Part shown: positions 17,435 through 26,580 of the stretch, piece by piece
Layout: every line of letters starts with the position of its first letter
How positions within the stretch are numbered: the first letter of the stretch is position 1
NCBI GenBank assembly: GCA_964590515.1
Contig: CAZPZD010000009.1
Span: forward strand, 1 to 48,944
Origin: an uncultured Anaerolineaceae bacterium
Lineage (GTDB): Bacteria; Chloroflexota; Anaerolineae; Anaerolineales; E44-bin32
Reading direction: 5' to 3'
DNA length: 48,944 nt
Made by a program: the position numbers and the translations under genes
Notes under the pieces: model-generated
Told to the model about the DNA's origin: nothing
Databases searched by the model: none
What the model saw: only the letters and a program-made list of their open reading frames with translations

Positions 17435-17558
17435 GCGACTGTAGAGCAGGGGCCTTCGGCGCACTGGGAATCCGTTGGTCCACGCCGGGGGACATCTGGG
17501 GCCGCGAGACCTGTCAGGAAGCTCACAGCTGGGCACTGGCCCTCCGGCCTATTCACCC
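17433..17558 (-). other. Long rod-like imperfect hairpin (candidate ncRNA)
   Basis: Minus-strand nested pairing GGGTGA/TCGCTC, GGGCC/GGCCC, GTGC/GCGC, CTGTGAG/TTCCCAG, TCC/GGA, GGTCTCGC/GCGTGGACC. Confidence 0.35.
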
Positions 17559-17590
17559 GCCTGCGACCGCTCTGCTACAATGAATCCGGT

Positions 17591-17608
17591 TTGTGAAAGT
17601 TGTCACGC
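17591..17608 (+). promoter_or_regulatory. Rex- or CRP/FNR-like operator just downstream of an extended -10
   Basis: TTGTGAAAGTTGTCACGC compared with Rex consensus TTGTGAANNNNTTCACAA; TGCTACAAT at 17573-17581. Confidence 0.5.
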
Positions 17609-17643
17609 ATGCCCGTTTGGACGACAGGAGCGACACCGGACGC

Positions 17644-18678
17644 ATGAGCCACAATCAACCACCCCAGGTATTTGACCTCACGATCATCGGCGCCGGGCCC
17701 ACGGGTCTCTTCGGAGCCTTCTACGCCGGCATGCGCGAGCTCAGTTGCAAACTGATCGACGCGCTTCCCCAGCCAGGCGGCCAGATCACGGCCCTCTACC
17801 CGGAGAAGAAGATCTACGACACCCCCGGTTTCTTCTCCATCGTCGGCAAGGATCTGGTCGAGAACCTGTACCAACAGGCGCTCCAGTGGGGCTGCACGTT
17901 TGTACTCGGGGAGCAATGCGACACGCTCAAACGAGTCCCGCTCCCGGGCGGTCAGCCGGATGAGCAGTGCTGGGTCATCGGTACTTCCAAGGCCGACCAC
18001 TACTCCCGGGCGGTAGTCATCGCGGCCGGGATCGGCGCCTTCCGGCCGGTCAAGTTGGAAAACGAAAGCATCGACCGATTTGAAGATAACGGAGTGGCCT
18101 ACTTCGTCCAGAAAATCGACAAGTACGCCGGTAAGCGGGTGTTGATCGTCGGTGGGGGCGACAGCGCGGTGGATTGGGCTCTGGCGACCGATCCGATTGC
18201 GGCCAGCGTTACGCTGATCCACCGCCGGGAAGGTTTCCGGGCCCACGATCTCTCGGTCAACAAACTCAAGGATTCGGGGATCGACGTCAGGTTGTTTTAT
18301 GAGCTCCGCGAGCTGCAGGGGGACGGGAAACTGGAGCGGGCGGTGATCTTCGACAACCGCACCGGCGAAGAAACCACCCTCGACATTGACGGGGCCATCC
18401 TGGCCCTGGGATTCAAGGCCGACCTCGGTCCGCTTCGCGAGTGGGGCCTGGACACCGTCGGCCGCCGCTATCTCCGGGTCAACAACAAGATGGAGACTAA
18501 CCTGCCGATGGTCTACGCCGCCGGCGACCTGGCTCTGCAGGAAGGCCTGGATCCGCTCAACCTGATCGTGATCGGCTACGGGCAGGTGACCGTGGCCGTG
18601 AACTATGCCTACGCGGCCCTCAAGCCCGGCGGCAAAGTCTTCCCCGGCCACTCCAGCGAGAAGATGGCCGGGAAGTAG
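17644..18678 (+). CDS. Ferredoxin--NADP+ reductase, thioredoxin-reductase-like (YumC type)
   Basis: IIGAGPTG, GGQITALYPEKKIYD, VGGGDSAVDWA, HRR, C-terminal FPGHSS; no redox CxxC (GVAYFV). Confidence 0.9.
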   Translation: MSHNQPPQVFDLTIIGAGPTGLFGAFYAGMRELSCKLIDALPQPGGQITALYPEKKIYDTPGFFSIVGKDLVENLYQQALQWGCTFVLGEQCDTLKRVPLPGGQPDEQCWVIGTSKADHYSRAVVIAAGIGAFRPVKLENESIDRFEDNGVAYFVQKIDKYAGKRVLIVGGGDSAVDWALATDPIAASVTLIHRREGFRAHDLSVNKLKDSGIDVRLFYELRELQGDGKLERAVIFDNRTGEETTLDIDGAILALGFKADLGPLREWGLDTVGRRYLRVNNKMETNLPMVYAAGDLALQEGLDPLNLIVIGYGQVTVAVNYAYAALKPGGKVFPGHSSEKMAGK

Positions 18679-18718
18679 CCCGCCCCGCTTGCCGCGCCCA
18701 CGCGCCGGAGAACTCAAC

Positions 18719-19111
18719 ATGGACGCCTCCATCACTTGGCAGCATGACCAGACCTTCATCGCCGAGGCCACCAGCGGTTTCCGGCTCCCGATCGGAGAAG
18801 ACGAAGTCGGCTGCCGGCCGATGGAGCTGTTGCTCTTCAGCCTGGCGGGCTGCACTGCGGTCGACGTTCTCTCCATCCTGCAAAAGAAGCGCCAAAAGGT
18901 CACCGGGTTTGAGATCCGGGTGAACAGCGACCGCAGCCCGGAACACCCCAGGCGGTTCACGTCCATTACCCTAAACTACGTCGTGAAGGGGCAGGAGATC
19001 GATCCGGCGGCGGTCGAACGGGCGATCGAGCTGTCGTTGACCAAGTACTGCTCGGTGCACGCGACGCTCACCGAGTCCGTGCCGATCCGCAGCGCCTACG
19101 AGATTCGCTAA
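18719..19111 (+). CDS. OsmC-family protein (YhfA-like)
   Basis: PMELLLFSLAGCTAVDV and KYCSV conserved Cys pair. Confidence 0.9.
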   Translation: MDASITWQHDQTFIAEATSGFRLPIGEDEVGCRPMELLLFSLAGCTAVDVLSILQKKRQKVTGFEIRVNSDRSPEHPRRFTSITLNYVVKGQEIDPAAVERAIELSLTKYCSVHATLTESVPIRSAYEIR

Positions 19112-19120
19112 GCCCTCTGC

Positions 19121-20251
19121 CTAGACGAACTGGCGCCGGATGCTCAGGGCGCTCAGCACCAGCGCCGCCAACGCAAAACCCAGCAGCACCGCCAGCTCCG
19201 CGGCCACGTCCAAGAAACCCAGTCCCCGAATCATGACGTCGGTCATGGCCCGGTTGGCGTAGGTGAGCGGCATGAGCGAGGCGACGATCTGCAGCACGCG
19301 CGGCAGGCTGTCGACCGGCAGGATGATTCCGGAGAGCAGCACCTGGGGGACGATCACGATCGGGATGAACTGAACGACCTGCAGCTCGGTGCGGGCGTAA
19401 GTAGACAGAAAAATCCCCAGGTTGACCGCCCCCACCGTCAGCAGTGCCTCCACCAGAAAAGCCAGCGCCAGGTTTCCGGCGTGGTGGATCCGCAGCACGT
19501 AGATCGTGAACAACAAGACCACCGCCGACTGGACCAGCGCGAAGAGACCGAAGCCCAGCATGTAGCCCAGGACAATCTCGCCTCGTCCGACCGGCGTCGC
19601 CAGTAATCGTTCCATGGTCCCCTGCGAGCGCTCTCTTAGAAATGAGACTCCGGTCAGCAGGAAGACGAAGAAGAAAACAAAGAAGGCGATATAGACCGGC
19701 GCGAAGGAATCGAGAAAGTCGTACTCTTCGCCGCCGTAGATGTAGCGGGTCTCGAACTCGACGCTCGGCCGCTCGGCCACCGTCGGGCCGGCCGGCAAGC
19801 TTTGTGCGAGGGCGGCGGTGAGAGCAAACATCACCGCCTGGCGCTGGCCGGGATTGGATCCCTCCAGCACAAGCTCAAGCCGGGGCTCGCCTCCCTGTGC
19901 CAATGCCTGGGTGAATCCCTCGGCAAGAATAACCACCGCATCGAGCGATCCGTCCCGCAGGAGTAGCTCGCCCTTCCCCCGGGTAACCGCTTCGACCGAC
20001 AGTTCGTCCCGTTCACCGAGCAACTCGATCAGCCGGTCGGCGGCGGAGATCCGTGCTCCGGTGGGCAGAACAATTCCCTGGTCCACGGCTGCGATTCCGA
20101 TCGCCAGCCCCTGATTTTCGAGTCTCAGGATGTAACCCAGGAGCCCCATCACAAACATCGGCGCCACGATGATCAATCCCACACTGCGGTGGTCACGGCG
20201 GATCTGGGAGATCAGCCGCCGCGCGATGGCAAACACCCGGCTAGGCTGCAT
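19121..20251 (-). CDS. ABC-2 permease (YbhR/YbhS-like)
   Basis: QIRRDHRS, LRERSQGTMERLLATP, QFIP, PLTYA. Confidence 0.9.
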   Translation of the reverse strand: MQPSRVFAIARRLISQIRRDHRSVGLIIVAPMFVMGLLGYILRLENQGLAIGIAAVDQGIVLPTGARISAADRLIELLGERDELSVEAVTRGKGELLLRDGSLDAVVILAEGFTQALAQGGEPRLELVLEGSNPGQRQAVMFALTAALAQSLPAGPTVAERPSVEFETRYIYGGEEYDFLDSFAPVYIAFFVFFFVFLLTGVSFLRERSQGTMERLLATPVGRGEIVLGYMLGFGLFALVQSAVVLLFTIYVLRIHHAGNLALAFLVEALLTVGAVNLGIFLSTYARTELQVVQFIPIVIVPQVLLSGIILPVDSLPRVLQIVASLMPLTYANRAMTDVMIRGLGFLDVAAELAVLLGFALAALVLSALSIRRQFV

Positions 20252-20960
20252 GATCCGCCTCAGCAAACTTGAGAAAGGCCTGCTCCAGGTCGGTCATCCC
20301 GCTGCGCTGCCTGAGCTGCTCCGGGCTGCCCTCGGCGATCAGCCGGCCCTCACGCATGAAGCCCAGCCGGTCGCAGCGCCCGGCCTCGTCCATCACGTGG
20401 CTGGAGATGACCAGGGTCACCCCGGCCTCCGCCAGCCGACGGAAGTGCTCCCAGAAAACCACCCGCAGTTGTGGGTCCACCCCGACGGTCGGCTCGTCCA
20501 GGATGAGCAGCCGCGGCCGATGAACGAGCGCACAGGCGAGCGAGACCCGCCGCCGCAGCCCGCCGCTCAGCGACCCCACCAGGTCGTTGGCGCGGTCCTG
20601 CAGCTCCACCAATTCGAGGGCCTCTGCGATCCAGGAGGCGGTCCGCACCCCGCTCAGAGCGGCAAAGAAGAGCACGTTCTCTCGTGCGGTCAGGTCAGAG
20701 TAGAGGGCCTCCGCCTGGGTCATGTATCCGATCTCCGCCAACAAGGCCCGGTCTGGCATCCGCCGGCCTAGGACCCGGGCCTCCCCGCTGTCGGCCTTAG
20801 CCAGGCCGACCAACAGCCGCATCAAGGTCGTCTTCCCCGAACCGTTCGGTCCGAGCAGCCCGTAGATCTCGCCGGCCTGCACCCGCAGGTCAAGCTCGTC
20901 GACGGCCCGAATAGCTCCGAAGGCCTTATTCAGCCGGACAGTTTCAATCGAGAAGTCCAA
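20241..20960 (-). CDS. ABC transporter ATP-binding protein
   Basis: GPNGSGKT, LSGGLRRR, LDEPTVGVDP, SSHVMDEA. Confidence 0.93.
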   Translation of the reverse strand: MDFSIETVRLNKAFGAIRAVDELDLRVQAGEIYGLLGPNGSGKTTLMRLLVGLAKADSGEARVLGRRMPDRALLAEIGYMTQAEALYSDLTARENVLFFAALSGVRTASWIAEALELVELQDRANDLVGSLSGGLRRRVSLACALVHRPRLLILDEPTVGVDPQLRVVFWEHFRRLAEAGVTLVISSHVMDEAGRCDRLGFMREGRLIAEGSPEQLRQRSGMTDLEQAFLKFAEADHAA

Positions 20961-20976
20961 CGAGGGGTTGACGGAT

Positions 20977-21459
20977 CTAGTCGGCGGAGGCGGAGGCCGC
21001 CGCTGGGCTGGGGGCGTGTTCGACTCGCCTTGCCCGGCTTGGCCAGTACAGGATCAGACCCAACAGGCTGGTGAGCACACCCAGGGCCAGCCCGATCACC
21101 TGTACCTGGCCGAAATAAATCGTGGGCAGCGCATGCGAGCCAATGCCTAGAAAATCCGCAAACGATGCCGCCACCGTAAAGACATACCCCGTCGCGATCA
21201 GCCGCACCCCGACCTCCGACCGCAGCGAGTTGGGGCGGCCGTTGCGCACCACCCGCACTGTGAGCGAGGCTCCGAGCAGCAGAAGCGCCAGGCCGGTCGA
21301 CCACACCCCGATCTGCACAAACCCGACCACCGGGCTGCGGTCTAGGCCGATCAGGTCCGGTTCGACCCCGATGATGAAAATGAAGAGGCCGGCCAGGACG
21401 AGGGTCATCCAGCGGCGGGCCCAACGAACCTGCTTCTTGGTTAGCGGGGAAGAGGGCAT
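20977..21459 (-). CDS. Hypothetical membrane protein (about 4 TM)
   Basis: Four hydrophobic segments; preceded by TTGACA (21489-21494)-N17-TTTATT lying 6 nt from the ATG. Confidence 0.75.
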   Translation of the reverse strand: MPSSPLTKKQVRWARRWMTLVLAGLFIFIIGVEPDLIGLDRSPVVGFVQIGVWSTGLALLLLGASLTVRVVRNGRPNSLRSEVGVRLIATGYVFTVAASFADFLGIGSHALPTIYFGQVQVIGLALGVLTSLLGLILYWPSRARRVEHAPSPAAASASAD

Positions 21460-21556
21460 TTAGGCAATAAACCCCACTTCGTCGGGGCTGTCAAGACGGC
21501 CTGTTGGGCGCTTTCCCTGCGCTTCCCAGGGCACAAAGAGCACCCCCAGGGGCGGC

Positions 21557-22564
21557 TCATGCACTGCCCCGGAGGCTTCGGACCAGGCTGCTCCACACCG
21601 GGTCGCGCTGGCCTGGGACGTAGGGAAGGTAAAGCGCCAATCGGTCAACCAGTCCCTGATAGCGTTCCAGAAGCGCCGGACCGAGTTCGTCCGGCTCGCA
21701 AACCACGGCGAAGGCTTCCAGCATCTCTTGGGTGATTCGTTCACCCATGGTGTCCCACTCCCCTCGCCGCGCCATCCCCTGAAGCTGCTCGGCGGTCTCC
21801 CCCCACCCGTGCAGCTCCATGACCCCGCGGTAGCTGGGAGTGGAGGCGTAGAACGCAATCTGTCTGCGTACGAACTCGGCCTCCAGGGGGTCGGTGACCG
21901 CAAATGCCGCTGTTGACAGGGTGATTGCCTCGACCGGCCGCCCGGCCCGGGCCGCCCCTTCGGCGATAGCCGGCCGCACGACTTCCCGCAAGTAGCGCGC
22001 CGAATGATACGGATGGGAATGGAGCCCGTCGGCCAGCTCGCCTGCCAGCCGGCACAGCCCGGTGTTGACGCCCGCGACATAGACCGGGATCTGGGGGTGC
22101 TCGATCGGCCCGGGATTGAAGAACGGCAACATCAGGGTGAGCTTGTAATGCTCGCCCCGGAAGTTCAGCTTCTCGCCAGTTTGCCAGGCATTCCAGAGGG
22201 CGCGCACGGCAGTGATCAGCTCACGCATCTTTCCGACCGGCGAATCGGGCCAGGGCATGCCGAACCGCCGTTCGATATGCGGCTTAACCTGGGTCCCCAG
22301 GCCCAGGATGAAGCGTCCACCGGAGGCCTTGGCAAGATCCCAGGCGGTGTAAGCCAGGGTGGCGGGGCTGCGGGCGAAACCGATGGCCACCGCGGTGCCG
22401 AACTGGAGCTGGCGGGTGTGCTCGGCCACCAACGTCAGCGGGAGAAAGGGATCGTGCTGAGTCTCGGACGACCAAAGGGCGTCGAACCCGATCCGCTCGG
22501 CCCCGGTCGCGATCAATGGAACATCGCTGAGCGAGGTGGGTTCAATTTGGGCGTCAAACTTCAC
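21557..22564 (-). CDS. LLM-class flavin/F420-dependent oxidoreductase (TIGR03617-like)
   Basis: ETQHDPFLPL, GTAVAIGFARSP, GRFILGLGTQVKPHIERRFG, QIAFYASTPSY. Confidence 0.88.
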   Translation of the reverse strand: MKFDAQIEPTSLSDVPLIATGAERIGFDALWSSETQHDPFLPLTLVAEHTRQLQFGTAVAIGFARSPATLAYTAWDLAKASGGRFILGLGTQVKPHIERRFGMPWPDSPVGKMRELITAVRALWNAWQTGEKLNFRGEHYKLTLMLPFFNPGPIEHPQIPVYVAGVNTGLCRLAGELADGLHSHPYHSARYLREVVRPAIAEGAARAGRPVEAITLSTAAFAVTDPLEAEFVRRQIAFYASTPSYRGVMELHGWGETAEQLQGMARRGEWDTMGERITQEMLEAFAVVCEPDELGPALLERYQGLVDRLALYLPYVPGQRDPVWSSLVRSLRGSA

Positions 22565-22718
22565 GGGTTGTCCTCGGAGAGGAATTCAAGCAGCCGCGCC
22601 AGGGGCGACCCCCGCGGCGGAAGTGATGAAAGGCGCAGGTTCCGCGGCTCATCGTCTGTACCGGTGGCAGGAGGCCATCCGGTACAATGAATCGGCCGAG
22701 AGTTGGAAGGCGGAACTA

Positions 22719-23384
22719 ATGTCCTGGCGTGCGATCCTGGGAGTGGGTTTGGTGGTGATTGGGGGCGGTTTCCTGTTGGACCAGATGGGTGTCGTCGACT
22801 TTGGACCGATTCTGGCCACCTGGTGGCCGCTGATTCTCATCTTGATCGGAGTCATCCAGCTTGCCACCCGGTCGGTGCCCGCCTTGGCGGGCATGTTCGT
22901 CGTTCTGCTCGGAGTCCTCTTCCAAGTCGACCGGCTGGACATCATCAACATTAATGTCGGCCAGCTCATCTGGCCGCTGATCCTGATCTCCGCCGGCGCA
23001 TTCATGCTGCTTAACAGGACCCGCCGCTCACCGACGACCCATTCCGATGACCGGTTGGACAGTTTCGTGATGTTCGGCGGCATGGACCGCCGGGTGAACT
23101 CGCAGGCCTTTGAGGGAGGCAGTGCGACTGCTTTCTTCGGAGGAACGGAGATCGACCTCCGCGACGCCAAGCTCGCCCCTGGCGGAGCCCAACTAGATCT
23201 GGCCGCCGCTTTCGGCGGAATCGAACTCATGGTGCCGGAGAACTGGAAAGTGCACGTAAGCGGTATGCCTATCTTTGGAGGCTGGAGCAACAAGGCTCGG
23301 CTGCGGGAAGATGCGCCGGCGGACCTCCCGATGCTCCGCGTGCGCTGCTTCGTCGCGTTCGGAGGCATCGAGGTCCACAACTAG
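22719..23384 (+). CDS. LiaF/DUF2154-like cell-envelope stress membrane protein
   Basis: N-terminal TMs with WWPLILI and IWPLILI; C-terminal repeated FGG beta motifs (FGGTEIDLR, FGGIELMVPENWKV, FGGIEV). Confidence 0.82.
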   Translation: MSWRAILGVGLVVIGGGFLLDQMGVVDFGPILATWWPLILILIGVIQLATRSVPALAGMFVVLLGVLFQVDRLDIININVGQLIWPLILISAGAFMLLNRTRRSPTTHSDDRLDSFVMFGGMDRRVNSQAFEGGSATAFFGGTEIDLRDAKLAPGGAQLDLAAAFGGIELMVPENWKVHVSGMPIFGGWSNKARLREDAPADLPMLRVRCFVAFGGIEVHN

Positions 23385-23387
23385 CTG

Positions 23388-23726
23388 TCAGCGGACCCGC
23401 GCTCCAAGCTGAACATCAGCATCCGGTTGCAGCAGTCGCATGGATCCGTCCGGATTGACTCCGGCCAGCACCAGCACCTCCGAGACATGGGTGGCAATCT
23501 GCTTGGGTGGGAAGTTGACCACCGCTACCACCAACCGGTCACGGATCTCCGCTTTGGTATACAGATCACGGACAGCGGCTGCCGAGCGCTTGATGCCGAC
23601 CTCCGGACCGAAATCTATCCGCAATAAGTAAGACGGGTTACGGGCCTCCGGGAAATCGTCGACCTCTAACACCCGACCCACCCGCATATCCACTTTCTCG
23701 AAGTCCGGCCACTGGATCTGTCCCAT
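23388..23726 (-). CDS. csaA: CsaA tRNA-binding/export chaperone
   Basis: DFEKVDMRVGRV, IDFGPEVG, VVNFPPKQIA, SEVLVL; AAAGGAG RBS. Confidence 0.9.
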   Translation of the reverse strand: MGQIQWPDFEKVDMRVGRVLEVDDFPEARNPSYLLRIDFGPEVGIKRSAAAVRDLYTKAEIRDRLVVAVVNFPPKQIATHVSEVLVLAGVNPDGSMRLLQPDADVQLGARVR

Positions 23727-23846
23727 CGCGGCTCCTTTCGTTCCGGGCTGATTGTACAGCCCGATGGCCATGATCCCGCCTTGGCCCGGTCGAGCTATTC
23801 ACAGCGCGCCCAAAGCCGTGTGTAATCATCTAAAGTCCCCGACTTG

Positions 23847-25535
23847 ATGCCTAGGACCCTCCACCCTCGCACTGTTCTTCCCGCCCTGGCGACCCTTCTC
23901 AGCGCAGCCGCGCTGGGTGCCTGTTCCGTATTGCCCTCTGAGCATATTGTGCCGCCTGCCTCGATCGTCCTTTCGCTCCCGGAGCCCGGAGCGCCTGCGG
24001 TCACTGAACTCAGCGCGCCCTTGGTCTCGGTCGTTCCCGCGGCGGTCAATCCGCCCGGCTTGTTGGCCCGCCTCAACTGGGACGATGAATTCGGGGAGCG
24101 GACCATCGTATTTGACACGCCCAGCGGGACCGTAAAGCTGCGCCAGGTCGGAGCCGGTTCGCTGATGCTCAAATTCGGGGACACCGTCGTCCATGTGAAT
24201 CCGTGGTCCAAAGCCGGCGAGTATGAGACTCTGCCCAAGGCCGACCAGATCTGGATCACCGATCCGGCGCCCGAGCATCTCGACCTGCACGCGATCCGAG
24301 CGGTCTCGACGGATTCCACCCAGCTGATCGTGGACGCGCTGACCGCCCGCCAACTGCGGGGACTGCTCTCCTTCGTTCCGCTCCTGGATGGGGTCGAGAT
24401 CGCGGTTGATGATATCGAGCTCATGGCGCTGCCTGCCTTCCGAGCCGGGATGTCGCCGGATGGGCCGCAGTTGGATCCGAGCAACAGTTATCTGGCCACC
24501 TTCGGTGAGTTTCGACTCTTTCTCGCAGGCCAGGCGCACTTCGTGCTAGGCATTCAGGGGATCGAGAAAGTCGACGTCGCCCTGCTGAGCATCGACGACC
24601 TCAGCTCACTCTCTTCGGAACAGGCGGCCGAGATCACCCGTGCGCTGGACCCGTTCGCATTGCTTCCCTACCAATATGGCGCCGACGACCCCGCTAAACT
24701 GGCCGCGTTGTTATCCGATTCCACGACCATCATTCTCCCCTTGAACGCCTCCGCACCTCTTAGCCCGCTTCCCATCCGGACACCACCGGATCGCAGCTTG
24801 GCCCTCGGCGAACTGTATCTGGAAAACCAAGAACCCGACCCCGCCTTGCTCGCCAGCCTATTCGACGCCCAGGAGCAAGCTAACCCCCTGCTCCTGCCAG
24901 ACCTGATGACCCTGCCCCCTTATTCGCTCTACATCACTCGCAACAATTCAACCGACACCAGTTTGCTGCGCCTGACCAACTCGGTGTGGAACTCCGGCTA
25001 TGGTCCGCTCGAGCTGTGGGGCCGGGTGGTCGGAGATGGTAGCACCCACGCGGTCGTCCAGCGGATCTTTCAGACCGATGGGAGCTATCAGGAACGCACG
25101 ATGGGGGAATTCGTGTTCCATCCCGGCCACAATCACTGGCATTTGGAAAGCTTCTCTCTCTACGAGCTCTGGTCGTTGAGCGAGGGTGGCACTCTCGACA
25201 AAGTTGCGGCGACCAGCGACAAGGTCAGCTACTGCCTGCGTGACATCCACCGCAATCCCCATCCCGATCAGGCCCCTCGGATGGGCTATGGGACCTGCAC
25301 CTATGGTCGCCAGGGTCTTTCGGTCGGCTGGGTGGACGTGTACGACCACTACCTGCCCGGCCAGTCGATCGACATCAGCGGCCTGCCCGACGGGACCTAT
25401 GCCTTGATGTCCACCGCCGATCCCTACAACCTGATCCAGGAATCGGACGAGACTAACAACGCGGCGGTGGTCTATCTGGAGATCAACAACCTGAAGGTGA
25501 CGGTCCTGGATCGGCCTGCATCAACGGGTTCCTAG
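23847..25535 (+). CDS. Lipoprotein: degenerate MBL-fold domain fused to a lysyl oxidase-like domain
   Basis: Lipobox ALGAC; MBL-like LPKADQIWITDPAPEHLD and LPYQY; LOX motifs FHPGHNHWH, KVSYCLRD, QGLSVGWVDVY, ESDETNN. Confidence 0.75.
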   Translation: MPRTLHPRTVLPALATLLSAAALGACSVLPSEHIVPPASIVLSLPEPGAPAVTELSAPLVSVVPAAVNPPGLLARLNWDDEFGERTIVFDTPSGTVKLRQVGAGSLMLKFGDTVVHVNPWSKAGEYETLPKADQIWITDPAPEHLDLHAIRAVSTDSTQLIVDALTARQLRGLLSFVPLLDGVEIAVDDIELMALPAFRAGMSPDGPQLDPSNSYLATFGEFRLFLAGQAHFVLGIQGIEKVDVALLSIDDLSSLSSEQAAEITRALDPFALLPYQYGADDPAKLAALLSDSTTIILPLNASAPLSPLPIRTPPDRSLALGELYLENQEPDPALLASLFDAQEQANPLLLPDLMTLPPYSLYITRNNSTDTSLLRLTNSVWNSGYGPLELWGRVVGDGSTHAVVQRIFQTDGSYQERTMGEFVFHPGHNHWHLESFSLYELWSLSEGGTLDKVAATSDKVSYCLRDIHRNPHPDQAPRMGYGTCTYGRQGLSVGWVDVYDHYLPGQSIDISGLPDGTYALMSTADPYNLIQESDETNNAAVVYLEINNLKVTVLDRPASTGS

Positions 25536-25565
25536 CCCGGACAGCTGACACGAACTGATTCAAAC

Positions 25566-25592
25566 AAAAAGGCCCGGCGCGCCGGGCCTTTT
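25566..25592. terminator. Bidirectional intrinsic terminator
   Basis: AAAAAGGCCCGG-CGCG-CCGGGCCTTTT between convergent genes. Confidence 0.9.
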
Positions 25593-25614
25593 GATTTCAT
25601 TCAGTTTTGCCGCC

Positions 25615-26556
25615 TTAGCTGGTCCGGCCATTCCCGTAGAGTTCGCGATGCACAACTGAGAGCGCTCGTACCTGCTGCTCGGCATGATACGACGAACGCA
25701 CAAGCGGCCCGCTCTCGACCCACCTGAAACCGATCCCCAACCCGTACTCCTTTAGCTCGGCAAACTCATCCGGATGGACGTAGCGCTCGATCGGCAGGTG
25801 CTTGGCCGAGGGCTGCAGATATTGCCCGAGGGTCAGGATGTCCACGCCCCAGCTCCGCAGGTCCCGCATGGTTTCTTTGATCTCATCCGGGGTCTCGCCC
25901 AGCCCAGCCATGATGCCGGACTTGGTCAGCACGTCCGGTTCCAGCCGCTTGGCATTGGAAAGGGTGGCCTGGGCCCACTCGTAGTGGTCTTGCGGTTGAA
26001 CTCGCTTGAACAGCCGCCGCACGGTCTCGACGTTATGGTTGAGGATCTCCGGCCGGGCATCCATCACGACCCGCAACGCCTCGAGCGAACCTTTGAAATC
26101 CGGAATCAGCACCTCCACCGAGCAGCCCGGCTGCAGCTCGCGGATCCTCCGGATGACCATGGCGAAGATCGGGGCGCCGCCATCCTCCCGCTCGTCCCGA
26201 TTGACGCTGGTGATGACCGCGTGGCGCAGGTCCATCGCCTTCACCGCCCGGGCCACCCGTTCCGGCTCGAGCCAGTCGAGCGGCTGCGGGCGGCCGGTCG
26301 CAATGTCGCAGAAGCCACAGGAGCGGGTGCAAGTGTCGCCCATCAACAAGAAGGTGGCGGTTCCTGCCCCCCAACACTCGCCCAGGTTCGGGCAGCGGGC
26401 TTCCTCACAGACCGTATGCAGCAGCTTGCTGCGCATAATCTCTCGGACCCGTTCGTAATTCCGGCCGGCCGGAGCGCGCACCTTGATCCACTCCGGACGG
26501 CGCGCCGGGCGGGAGGGGAGTTCCTGAATCTCGGCCTCTGGAATTAGGGACGCCAT
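25615..26556 (-). CDS. lipA: Lipoyl synthase
   Basis: [12 protein letters not shown] auxiliary cluster motif, radical [17 protein letters not shown]. Confidence 0.97.
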   Translation of the reverse strand: MASLIPEAEIQELPSRPARRPEWIKVRAPAGRNYERVREIMRSKLLHTVCEEARCPNLGECWGAGTATFLLMGDTCTRSCGFCDIATGRPQPLDWLEPERVARAVKAMDLRHAVITSVNRDEREDGGAPIFAMVIRRIRELQPGCSVEVLIPDFKGSLEALRVVMDARPEILNHNVETVRRLFKRVQPQDHYEWAQATLSNAKRLEPDVLTKSGIMAGLGETPDEIKETMRDLRSWGVDILTLGQYLQPSAKHLPIERYVHPDEFAELKEYGLGIGFRWVESGPLVRSSYHAEQQVRALSVVHRELYGNGRTS

Positions 26557-26580
26557 GCGCCGGCGATTCTACCGCACCGG

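Noticed and set aside
17460-17515. Cobalamin riboswitch (CACTGGGAATCCG...GAGACCTG fragments)
   Set aside because: Core elements (GGTG...CCCGC.ACTGT, AGYCAG) are missing, and it lies upstream of the downstream gene's promoter.
17644-18678. Thioredoxin reductase trxB
   Set aside because: No CxxC; the LYPEKxIYD and PGHSS motifs indicate a TrxR-like ferredoxin-NADP+ reductase.
21497-21552. Imperfect hairpin after the LLM gene
   Set aside because: Short GC-rich stems without a U-tail or other signature; within chance expectation.
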